Source of the DNA: a virus
Lineage: Duplodnaviria; Caudoviricetes
DNA: 64,000 nucleotides
Virus record (IMG/VR): IMGVR_UViG_3300012979_000040
Location: 7,757-71,756 of that record
Strand: one strand, 5' to 3'
The notes under the pieces are model-generated. The model did not search any database and was not told the DNA's origin. It saw nothing but the letters and a program-made list of their open reading frames with translations. How positions within the stretch are numbered: the first letter of the stretch is position 1; every line of letters begins with the position of its first letter. Positions 45,743 to 59,700 of this stretch are shown piece after piece. A program made the position numbers and the translations under genes.

Positions 45743-46141
45743 CTATTCAACGATTAGATCTTCTTCTCCTAAAGTTTCAAGCTTAGGTTCTTCAGATTTA
45801 GGTTCTTCTTTTTTAGGTTCCTCTATCTCTTTTTCAATCTTTTCAACCTTAGGTATATTTGTTCTTCTTTTAGGTTTTACTTCTTCTACTTTTTCTTCGC
45901 TCTTAGTAGCATCTGTGATCTTAACACCTATAGTTTCTTCTAAATAATCAGCACTAGCAAGTAATGCTTCTCTAAGTATATTAGAGTTTAAGAATACTTT
46001 AGATCCCATGATCTCAGGATGCATTAAAACTATATCCCCTTTGAAATACTTCTTACCAAAAGGTATAGCTGGTTTGAATACAGCTGTTACTGGATCGGTA
46101 TAAGTTTTTCCAACAGGATAAAATTTAAAATTACATGCCAT
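45743..46141 (-). CDS. hypothetical protein with Lys/Glu/Pro-rich tail
   Basis: RBS AAGGAGG after the promoter. Confidence 0.7.
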   Translation of the reverse strand: MACNFKFYPVGKTYTDPVTAVFKPAIPFGKKYFKGDIVLMHPEIMGSKVFLNSNILREALLASADYLEETIGVKITDATKSEEKVEEVKPKRRTNIPKVEKIEKEIEEPKKEEPKSEEPKLETLGEEDLIVE

Positions 46142-46162
46142 AAATATTACCTCCTTAATGTA

Positions 46163-46191
46163 ATTATACCATTAAAAGTAATCATCTTCAA
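46163..46191 (-). promoter_or_regulatory. sigma-A promoter for the portal-capsid-tail operon
   Basis: TTGAAG-17-TATAAT with TG extension. Confidence 0.8.
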
Positions 46192-47749
46192 CTGCTACTC
46201 CCCAAGAATCTATCTCTCCACTGTCTAACCTTTCTTCCTCTTCATCTAACTTACGTTGCCATTTAGTACGGGTATCTTCTTCATACTCTTCTAATCCTAT
46301 AGGTGCAATGTCAGATGAATAGAATACTAAGAACAAACCATATGAGTCAATGGCGTGGTCTGCACAACCTTTGTTGATCATACCGATATTGAAATCATCA
46401 TACACAGCATTATCCATTTCTTCTATCAAACTATTAACAGATGTAGATATTCTAAACCTGTGTGTACCATCTATCATCTTAAGTCTAGTAGACGAATGGA
46501 TTTTATCATAACGCATTTGTACTTTACCTTTACCAGATTCAACACCTATAGGGTTTAATCCATAGTAATCAAATACTTCTGATTTCATTTCACCTATTAT
46601 TCTACCAGTATCATCTCTATATCTATCACCACCACGATACATATCATGTGGTAATAAAGTGGCTGTTATATAGTAACCCATTTGTTTAGACTTATCTGCT
46701 ATTGCTCTAACAAAGTCTTCAAATATTAGATCTTGCCCATACATATCATCGAATGTTATAACCCTACCATCTTCAAATACTGCGTGCCATAAGGCTGAGT
46801 GATAAGATGGTTTGTAACCCCAGTCTATAGATATGTATACATCAAAGTTTTGTGGGCCATTGGTTAATTCAAGGAAAGCTTCTCTACCATTTATATACTG
46901 TTCTTCAGGAACATCAAACATCCTACCAGCTACAACATCCCAGTTACCATATAAATCCATTTGCTTTCTTGCTTCATCTTGCATCTCTAACATAGCTGCG
47001 TATGATGCATTTAAGAATGGATTATCTTTATATGATGCTGGTATAAATCTAGTAATAACTTTGATCTTACCTTTAGCTGTGTCCATCCATTCAATGTGGT
47101 CTTTTGTTTCAATAGGAGCATTAGTGTATGGATCATACAATGTAACTGTAGGATCAATAAATCTACGCTTAACCCATTTGTGACCTTTACCTCCAGGGTT
47201 ACAACCAAGTACAACCTTTGTAGGAATTCTTAGTTTCTCGCCTGTATAAGGATTGGTTTGAATTGTAGAACGAACTGTTGATAACAGATAGTTAAATGTT
47301 CTTTCATCTTGTTTAGTAACTTCATCAATAGCTAAGTAGTGAAATTCCCAACCTTGTTGGCTTAATGCTTCACGGTAATCAGCTACACGTTGAAGTGTGA
47401 TGTAACTTCCATTAGGAAAGATTATAGAACGGGAAGGGTACCAAGAGGTACTCTTCTCTCTATATTCATATATTGTTTGCCCACCTGCTTTTTGTGGAAA
47501 CAATGTAGGCAACTTATCTAGGAATGATTGTTTAACGGCATCCAGTTTCTCACGGATGATTATACATTTAGCTCCAGGATAAGTAGTGGCAAACATGAAG
47601 GCGTCAGCTAGAATACCTGCTGACTTACCTCCACCTCTCGAACCACCATAGAGAGTAATACATATATCCTCAAAGGAGCAAGGTGCATTGTGTAATAGCA
47701 CCTGCTTCTCGTGAGGTTGATAGCTTGGTGTGACAACTACCTTAGCCAT
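46172..47749 (-). CDS. terL: terminase large subunit
   Basis: YGGSRGGGKS Walker A, AIDEVT Walker B, GCNPGG motif III, ISIDWG nuclease, DHAIDS. Confidence 0.97.
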   Translation of the reverse strand: MAKVVVTPSYQPHEKQVLLHNAPCSFEDICITLYGGSRGGGKSAGILADAFMFATTYPGAKCIIIREKLDAVKQSFLDKLPTLFPQKAGGQTIYEYREKSTSWYPSRSIIFPNGSYITLQRVADYREALSQQGWEFHYLAIDEVTKQDERTFNYLLSTVRSTIQTNPYTGEKLRIPTKVVLGCNPGGKGHKWVKRRFIDPTVTLYDPYTNAPIETKDHIEWMDTAKGKIKVITRFIPASYKDNPFLNASYAAMLEMQDEARKQMDLYGNWDVVAGRMFDVPEEQYINGREAFLELTNGPQNFDVYISIDWGYKPSYHSALWHAVFEDGRVITFDDMYGQDLIFEDFVRAIADKSKQMGYYITATLLPHDMYRGGDRYRDDTGRIIGEMKSEVFDYYGLNPIGVESGKGKVQMRYDKIHSSTRLKMIDGTHRFRISTSVNSLIEEMDNAVYDDFNIGMINKGCADHAIDSYGLFLVFYSSDIAPIGLEEYEEDTRTKWQRKLDEEEERLDSGEIDSWGVAVEDDYF

Positions 47750-50700
47750 TCAAGATCACTCCTGTCTTTATAGTCTACTCCAGTATCATATGATGTAAGA
47801 TTGTAATCGTTACTCCATATACCCATTTCAGGGGATACGTGTACACTTACTCTGTCAAGATTCCAATCATTATATCTATCAAGCTTTTTGTTATAAGAAT
47901 ATGTTTTAGGATAGTACTTACCAGGATATATATTTGAGTATGGATAGTATGAAGAATAACTACTACCATAATAATTGTTGTTATAAGTCTTCTTGTATTT
48001 AGGTACATATACATCCTTTGTTTCTGTAGGGAATAATTTCTCTAACATTGGGTACATCTCTGATTCATATTCTATAGCTTGTTGTAATTTTAATTGTTCT
48101 GCTGGAGTTAGTGAGTTTATATAAGCTTGTCTATACTCTTTTAAAGTATTTAACTTTCTTATTATAGAGTTGTTATTTAATGCAGCTCTTAGTGTTGCTT
48201 CAGATACATCATTGTCATTGTATTCATGAGTTATATAGTTATATACAACTGTAGAACTTTCACGACCATTGATCATCTTTCTAAGAGTTTGATTAACTCT
48301 ATTAAAGTCATCTACGTCATAAGATCCATATTGAGAAGCGTAATGTCTGTTATAGTACAATTCATCAACACTAGCCATATCGTTTATGTCTAGGTCATAA
48401 TCATAACCTTTAATACCTCTACTAAACGCTTTCATATCTGTTATGAATGCATAGTAGTTAGAAGTATCTTTCTTCCAAGATTTCTGATTACCTAGATCAC
48501 TATTGATACCTTTAGTTAAACCTTTCCATAAAGATGTAAGGAATCCAGTATCTTGATCTGAGTATTTAGAATATTTGTTTTGATCTATAACATTATCTGC
48601 AATACCACTTCCTGTAAAGAATCCAAGGACTTTTCTCATACCGTTCTCAACATTAGTGTATTGGTATTTTTGTTTAGTGCTCATGAATGGATCAGCTATT
48701 TGATAAGGGTCACCACTGTCACCAAACATTTCTTGTCCTGTAACTATTTCAATAGGTAACTTAAGTACTGGGTTTAATCTAGAAAGTACGTTAGCTTTAA
48801 TCCAACCATAACCTTTTTTAGCTAATGTATCATTATACTCATTTGTTAATGGGTTAATATACATTTCTTTAATTTGGTATGCAGGATTTAATGAATCATA
48901 TACAACTGTAGGAGTTCCTCCGATAAGAGTACCAATAGGATCAAGTGTAACACCTTCTTCTATCCACTCTTCTTCAGTCTCTTCATCTACACCGTACATA
49001 TCACATACTGCTGTTATGATTGCATTTGATAATAATGATAATCCAACTACACCTAAGCTAGGCATTACAACTGTGTTATACCATTGTGTTGCATTGTTTT
49101 CAGTTATACCTTCTTGGAATAATCTTCCAACACTCATTGCATATGAACCAAGAGTTCTTGTTAAGTTCATAGGGAATGTTGCGAACATCATTATACCTGA
49201 TGTGTATTTAGATAAATAAGGGAAACCTCCAGGAGAACCAAGCATGTAATCCATGATGTACATAGCTTTATCTCTGTTATCTTTTATACCATCAATAGCA
49301 TTCTTGTTATAGTATTGAGAACCATACCAAGGTCTACCATTATCAAATGATTCTTTAGCTGTTAGATATATAGCGTATCTTCCAAGATGATTCTGTAAGT
49401 CTAACGGCTTAGTCATAAAGTCTGTAATCTTACTTAATATATCTGTACCCATATCTTCTGTAAAGTTGATTGGGTCTTTATTAGTTCCACCCCATAAACT
49501 AGGTTGACCTTCACGTATTAAGTAATCTTTTAAATCTTCAGGTATTGACTTACCTTTTGAACTTAAGGCTTGAGATATATCTTTACCAGCTCTAGCTATA
49601 TTAGGAATTGTATCGTAGTTAGATATAGCTCCCATAGCATAGTCTGAACCAGTATATCTTAAGAATCTACTTAGCATCTTAGCAGGTAATGCCATTTGTA
49701 TTCCTGCTGATGTTGTAGAAATTTTCTTAAATAATTTCATAACTCTTCCAGGAATCTTTCTGGTATATACCTTAGATGAAAGTTGATCTACTAAATCGTT
49801 TCGAGCAAGATAGATTTCTCCACTTAATGCTTTCTCTAGTACATATTGAGCAAACATTGTATCACTCTTACTATTGTAAGATAGTTCAATATTATCTTTC
49901 AAATATGATAGGGATCCGTCATATACTGGAGCAACTGATCCACCTCTTTGAATCTTTTGACCAAACTTATTTACAAGACTGTAACCTTCTTTTTCAAGAC
50001 CTGCTATATATTTAACAAGCTTGTCAGAAGATCTAGAAGAACATTCTATAATTCTTTGTGCAATCATTATCTGAGCCCACATAGCATTGTAAGTTTCTTT
50101 TGCTAATAGTCTAGTTGGTTCATTCACATATTGATCAACATTAGCCATACGATATATCTCAGATAGTGATGATACAACACCGTCTGAAGATGTTTCTGCA
50201 AGTTGTTGTCTTAATGATTCTGCCTTACCTCTTACTTCTCTGTAAGCTTCTAGTATAAGATCAGCACCATTCTTAGAAGTTTTTCTTAATCTGTATATAT
50301 CTAGGTCAGTATACATACTTGTTATCTCTAAGACTTTATCAGTTATTTCTGAATCAAGTGCATTATAAACTTTAAGATCTCCGAATGTTTCTGGTGCATC
50401 TATTATTTCAAATGCTTTGTTAACTATATCAACATTGTTGATTAAAGCTTTACCAGTATATTTACCAGTCAATGCATTGGAAATATTTTCAGCAGCTATA
50501 ACATTACTCATATCTCTAATAAGTTTTTCTGATCCTTCAAAGAAATTAAATATCATGTTTTGTTCAACTATGTTCTTATTACTAGATGGATCATATGCTT
50601 TAGAAATGCTTGATATCTTTTTAAGATTATTAAGTATCATGTTTTCTCTTGCTACTTTATCTTTAGGAACATATGGTGCCATCAGAATGTGGAATGAATC

Positions 50701-53700
50701 AAATGGTTCATTAGATATCTGTGACGCTCTTCCTGCAAGATACATCATATTAGAAATGAATTCATCATAAGCTTTTACTATTTCAGGATGTTTAGTTACG
50801 TAAGAATCATGATCAAGTTTTAATTTGCTGTTCTCAGCTTTCCATTCTTCTTTTGATAATCCCATGTATTTAAGTTTAGCTTCAAAAGTTTTAGGATCTT
50901 TAGAAGCTTCTGTTAACCATCTGAACTTAGCAAATTGTTCAAAGTTTCCAATACCAGCCTTAGTTATCATCTTATTAAGGGCTGTTAACTTTTGACCGTA
51001 TTCTAATTGGATATACTCTGCTTCAGACTTAAAGTTCTTTATACCTATATCAACACCAAGTTGATCAGCGTTGTCTGTAGATATACCACTTCTTGTCCAC
51101 AATCTAGATTCAAACAATTTATCATTAGTAGATAAATCCCATGTGAAGTTTATAAACCCAGAAGACTTATCAGCTGTGTAAGCTCTAACTTTTTTAGTTA
51201 GTTCTTCATAAGCTTCAAACTCTCTTTGTTTAGCTTCTTCAAATTGTTTAGTATCCATTATAGCATTATCAATAGCTTTAGATCTTTTGAATGCTTTTAC
51301 TTCATCATTTGTGAATTCTTGTTTACTAATAGTATCAGTTATATCACGTCTAAGCATGTAACCTTTAGTACCTTTATTTATCTCTCTTCTATAATCTCTA
51401 GGATCAATAATATCATGATGGTGAACTCTTTGATAATTTAATCCACCTTCATCATTTACGAATTGTCCTACAAGCTTATTAACTTCTATACCTTTTATAC
51501 CACGGTATTCAGCAGCTTTTTCTACTGAGTTTTTATTTTTATCCATAGCAAGAGACATTATATAGAATGCTCTAACAGATGGTGAATATCCTGTAGATAA
51601 TCTTTCATTCTCAATAGACTTACCTATTAAGCCTTCAAATGTAGGTTTAGTAGGAGTGTTATCTGTTTCGAATACATCATAATCATCAGAACCTTTTGTG
51701 AATATTTCATCAATCTGAGGTCTTATACCAAAGATATCTTGTTCACCACCAAGGTTTGTTTTAGTATTTCCACCGAAGACATATTCATTTAGTATAGGAT
51801 CATATATTAGTGTACCCATCTTAGTATCTATAGATGTCCAGCCAGTACCTATACTCGCACTATTTGGAATGAATTGCCTGTAACCCATATCACCTTCTTG
51901 AATAGCTTTCAAGATTGCATTTGTATTAGGGTATGCTCCAGTTACACCTCTATAGAATTCTATGAATGGAACATGTAATATAGTGTTCTGTACTAATGTC
52001 CTATCATTTGTACTCTTATTAGCCATATTAAATAGTTTACCGTGAACACTCTCATACTTAGGGTCAAGTATTTGAGCTTCAGATCCACCACTGGCTTTTG
52101 AAGATGTAGATCTAGGGTTACTGTAGAATTCTTCTGAGAAGTTAGAAGGCATTGTTGGATCTAACTTATTAGCTATTTCATTACTAAATAGGAACTTCAT
52201 TACATTTGAACTATTAGCAAGTTTAATCATTCTATCTCTACCTAGAGTTCTCATTAAAGCATATTGTTCTTCAAGTAATTCATAAGAGTTTATCTTCTCT
52301 CTAGAATATCTTAAGTTATTTAAATACTCTTCTCTTGTTTTAAATGGACTGTTATAACTTCCGAATAAACCTTCTAACTCTTTATCAGTTAAAGAGTTTA
52401 ATAAAGCATCTGTTCTTAAGAACATCACATATGATCCTGTATCTCCCCAAGCAACTCTATGATCACCTTTATTAGTGTCTAAGACTTTAGATATCTGTGA
52501 TGTGTCTATGTATAATCTTCCTTCTTTATCACGCTTTAATGCAGCACTTCCGAATCTAGCCATCTGCATGAATGACATTATATTAGACATTGACATCAAT
52601 TCAAACGATCTGATGTGACTAGGATCATTAGGATCTAGTTTAGGTGTGTAATCAATATCGGCACCTATGATATTAGTAGGTACTCCTTTTAACACATAAC
52701 CAGATCTTGGTTTGCCGTCAGGTCCTTTGAATGTTACATACTCAGCATTTCTAAAGTAAGATAACAATTCAATACCTTGAGCATATTTATTCCAGTTCTT
52801 AGTAGCATTATTAGCATCAACTATTAAGTCAATATTAGCAGCTTTAAAGCTATCCCCTTCTTTATCAACATCTGATATTTTTGTTTCTGCAGTATTACCT
52901 TTAAAGAATCCAGCACCTGCAAGTTTCTTACCTACAACTTCAGTTTCTTCAAAATAAATTATTGCATTATCTTTTTTCGATACATCAGATATAACTATGT
53001 TATTGTGAGCTTTAACAACAGACCCATCGTCTCTAAAACCTAGTACTTGGCCTTCTCTAATTACAGCACCTTTACGAACTCTATCAACATGCTTACCATT
53101 AACTTTGTCTTTTATAAATGTTATTCCTTCATAAGGCATAACTTTTGCAGCAAAGCTTCTTATCTTACTATTTCTATTTCCGATATTTGTATTAAGACCT
53201 ACTGTATCTTCATTATTAAATATACCTTTTGTTACAAATACATTAACTCTATTTTGTCTAGGTGAATAGTCGTCATCTACAAGTTCAACCATAGAACCTT
53301 GGATAGCTTCCATAGCCTTAGCAAAGTTGAATGTACCTTCTGATACTTCATCTAATTTGTCTGATGTAGTAACATCTAAAGGTTTATTTAAGTTTGTACT
53401 AACCTTACTTCTTACTAATTCTGATTGTAACATATCTGATAAAGGAGTGTCATTAGCTGCATATCCAGATATCTCTTTCTTTCTATGTGTAAGTTGTGCA
53501 AGTTTTTCATCTAGTAATTTAGTTCTCTCCAATTGATCAGAGAATGTAGTGTCTTTTGAAACAAGATCAAGAGCCCTATCTAAAGCAGCTTTTGTTTCAT
53601 CGTTAAGATTATTGTAGTTTCTACTAAATAACTCTAAATCATGTAATGCTTGTGATAAAACTGTTTCTGCAAAGTCAGCATAAGCTTTAGATTTATTTAC

Positions 53701-56700
53701 ATCATTAGTTATTTTTGAAATGAACTCATCTGTATTAGTTGCCCATTTATAGAAGTTAACTAAATAATCTTGCTTGAATGCTTGAATGCTTGCATCGTTA
53801 TATTTATTTGAGTTAACCATCCTAGATAGGTTAGCAGTTAAGTCATTAACAAATGTTACTAAAGTCTCTTGTGAATTAACATTATCCTTAATCATGTTAC
53901 TCATACTCTTAGTTAAATACATCGAAGGTGTATACAAGTCTTGTAAAGGATCTTCTAATGTTTTATTAGGAGCCATTAAGTATGATATAACCTTTTGATA
54001 AGTACCAACCGTAGGGTCAAGTATATTTGATTTAGTTAACTCTTGTCTAGCAAACATTGCTTTTCTAGCTTTATATGTATAAGAGTTTTTATATAATGCA
54101 GGGTTGTTAACAAATCTAATAGGATGTGACATATTAGTAAATGTTTCTTTTACACTTAAGTCTTTAACAGCTTTATTGATAAATTTAATTTTTTCTTCCT
54201 CGGTAGTATGTCCAAGAGTTAATGCTATACCTTGTTCAACATATAATTTTTCTAACTCTAGTGCCATAAGATCTTCTATATCTTTGATCTCTTTAGCAAC
54301 ACTATCAGGAATTTCAACTTCATTTTGGACTCTACTTAAGATATTGTCAAGGTTTTTACTTAATTCTGTTATCTCTTTTGTAGTACCAAGTCTTACAACT
54401 TCTTCTGATTCTACAGAAAAGTTTTTATTGATTTTATTTAATCTTGCTTGAGCTCTAGTATATAAGTTTGTAGGTTCCCACATAATCTTATATATAATAG
54501 GAGCCATTTCAAGCATTCCATTATTAACTATGTTACCATCCGCATCTTTATGAGCATCTGGTGATAATACAGTAGTCATTGTATGGTCACCATCGAAGTC
54601 ACGGTTACGTAAGATCTCTTGAGTTTCAGGAGTAAATCTTATTGTAACTTCATCACCCTCAACCAATCTAACTCTTAATGGTAGTATAGGGTTCATGTTA
54701 TCGGCAGGATATGTGATAGACATTAAATAGTAATTACCATCACTAGCTCTCATTGTTTCAACATCATACACATTAAAGAATTTCTTTAGTGCTGCTCTAG
54801 TGATAACGATGTCACCTGTAGATACATTCTTAAGTTTACCTTTAGCTTTATCTGTAGTCATATCTACTTCTATGTATTCATTAGTAAATGGTGAAACTGA
54901 GTCCATCATTGAATATAATCCAACAAATGATCCTGTACCCTTATTTTTACCTAGAACATTTTTAATTTCTGATGCTAATGATTCAACACCACCATCATCA
55001 TAGTATATATTGCGTTCTTCGTATTCAGATAATATAGATTCGTCATAACCTTCTTCTATAGTTATAGCATTGTTAATAAACATATTTCTAAATACTTGCA
55101 TAGCAGCTTCAGAGAATTGTTGTTTATTATTAATACACATTTCTTGTACTTCCATTAAGTATGGTATATAAGGTCTAGTCCTTACAAATTCTGTAGCAAC
55201 ATTTTCAGGTATACCATTTATCTTACCTTTTCTAAAACCTACAGTTCCTGTAGATAATTGATTGATAAGATTACCTCTATAAGTTTTAACTACATCCTCA
55301 TCTAACATTGATGAGTTTATATTTAGAATTTTATAAGTTTCAGTATCCTTATTAGCTAATTTCTCTAGGAATGTACTTAGTGATTTATCATCAGATTGTT
55401 TAATGTAAGTGTAATATAAATTATCAAATGCTTTTATAAAATCTCCTTGTGTATTATAAGATTCTATAGCTATTGCATCTATAATATTATATTTCATATT
55501 ACCATCAACAATCATCTTTACATAGCTATTATTGTTATAACCTAATTGATCCATAAGTCTTAACCATACACTACCTCTAGTATTATTCTTTAGATAGTTC
55601 ATAGCTCTTTGTACTTTCTTTATATTATCTAATGTTGGATTATAACTTTTAAAACTCTTTCTAGCTTCAGATAAATTTTTAGTATACATAGCTTTATCTA
55701 CTGCATTATATATCTCTGCTATTTGAGCTTCCGTTAAATCCTCAGGTAATAATTTATGAATGTCAATAATAAGTTTATTTCTATCGTCAACCATATTCTT
55801 TGTATTACTAAAATGATCTATTAATAATTCCATCATGTCTTCAGTGTCTTGGTCAGCTGAGTGAGCTTCTTTATAATGTTCAACACTGAAAGTTCTTTTG
55901 TATTCCTCTTCTTGACCTATAGATCTTGTAGTATCACCTTCACGTTTTAATACAGTTTCGATAGCATCAAGTCTCATAGCTTTAGGATCTAGATAATCTT
56001 TAAGTATTTCAAACTCGAAGTTATCGCCATTATAAGCTATGTACATATCAACATCTTCTGTGTCTTTTAGTATTCTAGCTGCTTCCTCTTTAGTTATGAA
56101 TGTTCCAGCTTGTGTGTTATGTTCTTTATAATCCTCAAGAGCTTTTCTATAAGATTCATTCTTTAAGTAGAACGCACCTTTCTTATCTACATGTTCAGCA
56201 ATCCACTTCTCTTCTGAAGATGCATACTTAGTATTATCTTTAAAAGATAATTGATGATCAATGAAGTATGTTTTAATTTCTTCTGTTAGTTTACCATTAA
56301 CTACTTTGTAAGTTTTTACAGCCATTTGGAAAATGTTAGACATATCTTTAATGTTAGGATCTAAGTTACCACTTTCTAAATCCACTGCTTTTACATGTTT
56401 AATAGTAGAACCAGTACCATTGAAGAATTTATTTAACTCTTCTACAGCTATAGTGCTTTCCCCATTTAATGTAGTAACTTTATAAGTTTCATTAAATCCT
56501 TGAGTCCAGTTTCTAAATCTAGCCATTAGAGGTACTTTCTTATTGAATAAGTAATCAAGCACTTCTGGGTTTTCAAAGTGGTTATACAAATATTTCTTAA
56601 TTGCTGTTACATATTCATCAGTAGTTGATTTGCTGTGTAAACCATATAGTGTTCTATAGTGGTCTAAATCTTTTTGAGATATATTTACCCCACTTTTAAA

Positions 56701-59700
56701 TTTATCTTCCATCTCTAATATCTTACTAATATTGTATTTAGTAAAGTCTAGTTTTGAATACATATCAGGATTGTCTGGTTTAAAGCTTGCTAATATATCT
56801 TCTTTAATAGCATCAGCAAGTTCTCTATGTTTAGGATCTAATAACTTATAATCTATACCATAAAGTATTGCACTAGCTATCATTCTTACTTGTTCATTAT
56901 CAGCATCACGTGCACGTCTTGCACTACCTAACATTTCTTCAACAGTATATTTATTAGCACCTGCTGAATAATCTGGTGGAAGTACTAGAGCTCTCCAAGC
57001 ATCTCCTATGTTTGTTTTTGATAAAGCTTCTAATGCATTATCAACTTTATCTTTTTCTGTTATTGTTTCAGTTATTATCTTATTCATTAAAGATTGTAAC
57101 TGCTTTGAATTTAAGTTACTTAACTTAGTAAAGAAATCTGAGCCTTGAACACTATTAAGTCTCCACTCGTTTTCCTTTAACACTTTAAGTATTACTTCGT
57201 TCTTGAAGTTTCTAACATCAGATTCTGTTTCAAACTTCCTATAAGAGAATGTTAATCCATCAGGATTGTCAGCATTATGCTTATCTAAGTTAATAAATAC
57301 TTTACCAACAAAGTCTTTATCATCATGACCTAACATAGTATTAAGTAAGTCTACATGAGTTCTATTACCATCCGCTTTAGTAATGTTAGCACTCTCGTAC
57401 TCAGTACCTTTTGCTGGATTGAAGAATGAGAACTTCTTATAGTTAGATGTATATCTAATACCAGATGTAGTTCTTACTAATGAAGCTATATAATCTTTAA
57501 CTCTTGATGCATAGAAGTTATCTGACATATCAAGTTTAAGAGCTTTAACTAATGCCTTTTGAGTATTAACTGATGTAGATACCATCTTAGCTAAATTGAT
57601 ATTAGCAGATATATCTACTATAGCTCCTCTAGAAGTTAAGTCTCTATTGATTAACTTATTATCTTTAGCCATTTGTCTAGAGAATATCTGAGTATAATAA
57701 TTAGAATCATCTCTAGCATAATCACTAGAAGTTTTGTCATGGATAACTGATGTTGATTTACCTGTTAATGGATCTACTATTGTTGCTGGCATCTCGCTTC
57801 TATAATCATTAGCAAATCTTTCTGTATTACGAGCTAGTGCATCAACTACAGCTTGTTCAGATAATGCAGGGTTTTTAATCTTCTTTAATGAAACACTCTG
57901 TTCTGGATTAATAGCTTGTAAAAGTTTCTTACCATTTAGTGGAGCTTTAACAAGTATCTCTTTTGCATCCATAAAGTTTGTAGCACTACCCGTTTGAGCA
58001 AATACTTTCTTATCACTAGATATTCTGATTCTAGGTCCTATGTCTTCTCCTATTACATGTTTCATAAGTCTTTCATACAATGAGTCAACTCTTGCTTTTA
58101 CATCTGCACCTTTTAAACCTTGAATATTTAATTTCTCAAAGAATTCATTATAAGCTTCTGCTTCTATAGCATATAGTCTATCTAAGTCTTCAAGCGTAAT
58201 CTTACCATCTGTAGCTCCTAGGATTATCCATAGAGATGTAGCATCTGATGGTTCGAATATAAATTTATAATCAGTATCTTGCTTAACTAAATTTCTTGAT
58301 ACTTGTTGATTCATATCAAGCATATTCATATGATCTTGAACATATTTGAATGCATTCTTTATTGTATTATTAACGTATTCTGGGTTCCAGTCTTTAGCTG
58401 TCATGTTATATTTAATACCCATGATATTATCTAATAATGATTTAGATACAACTGTATCACCATCTATATTAGGTATTGATCCCCAGAATCCAACAGATGA
58501 TATGTTAGATCTTCTATATCCAGTATCATTATAATTACTAACATCATATGAGTTATAACCTTCTGAATAGATATCTTTTACAGTTTTAATATCTTCAGCA
58601 GATAATTCTGTCTTACCTTCTTGTACGAATTTAATCATACGTTTAAGAACTCTACCATCAGTCAACCACACTTTATGATCTTCGTTTTCACTATCAGAAA
58701 CATAATTATCTTGTAATTGTTTATAAGATTCAACAAGTATAGCATAAGGATCATTTGTTTCTGGATCTAATTGATCAAGTTCTCTGTATGCATGGAAGTC
58801 TTCTTGCTTATCGAAAGTAAGTTTTAACCTATCTTTTGAGAATGGGTTGTATGAGAAGTGTCCTTCCTTCGCAGCTAAGAATAAACCATTTATTAATTCT
58901 GTTCTTAGAGTTTGTTTCTGATCGTAGTTAAACATCTTGTTTGCGAATCCATATAATGATCTATTATCTGTAGTAAGTCCTCCAGAAATATCAGGTACAA
59001 ATTCAAGCTTATGCATTTCAGGGTTCTGGAATACAGTAGTAACTTGAGCAGCATCATCAGATGCAAATGGTAATATCTTAAATAAGTTTGGAACATCACT
59101 AGATAATATATAGTATTCCATATCTTCTCTAGTTACCCAAGGTTTCAAACCTATTGTGAAGTATCCCTCTTTAACACCTTTAGATGGTCTTTCTTCATAG
59201 AAACCATCTTGCCCTAGAATACTTAAGTTATATAATTGTTCCTTATGTCTTATAGGTATAGCTATATAACCATGCTTAGCATTCTCTAATACAAAGTCTA
59301 TATAGTCACAAATCATTAATGACTTAGCTATATCGTGGTTAGCGTTAGCTATCTTAGCAGTATCATTCAATGTTAGATAAGTTTGTTCTTGTCCTGCTAG
59401 ACCACCACTTCTACCACTTTTAGAAGCTTTATTAGTTTCTTTTCTTATAAAGATTCCAACACCATCTGAGTCTGTCTCGAATGATGATAAGTCTACAGGA
59501 TTCAAATATATAGGTGCATCATTGTTACGCATCATATGTTTTTGCATCTTGCTACTTATTTTATTTATATGTATGTTACTAGATATCATTTGATAGTAAT
59601 CATATCTAGCCACAATATCATTGTTAGGATCTAGAACTCTTACGTTATAAACAATATCTTCAACACTTAAATCTTTAAGCTTTTCTTTTATTTGCTTAGC

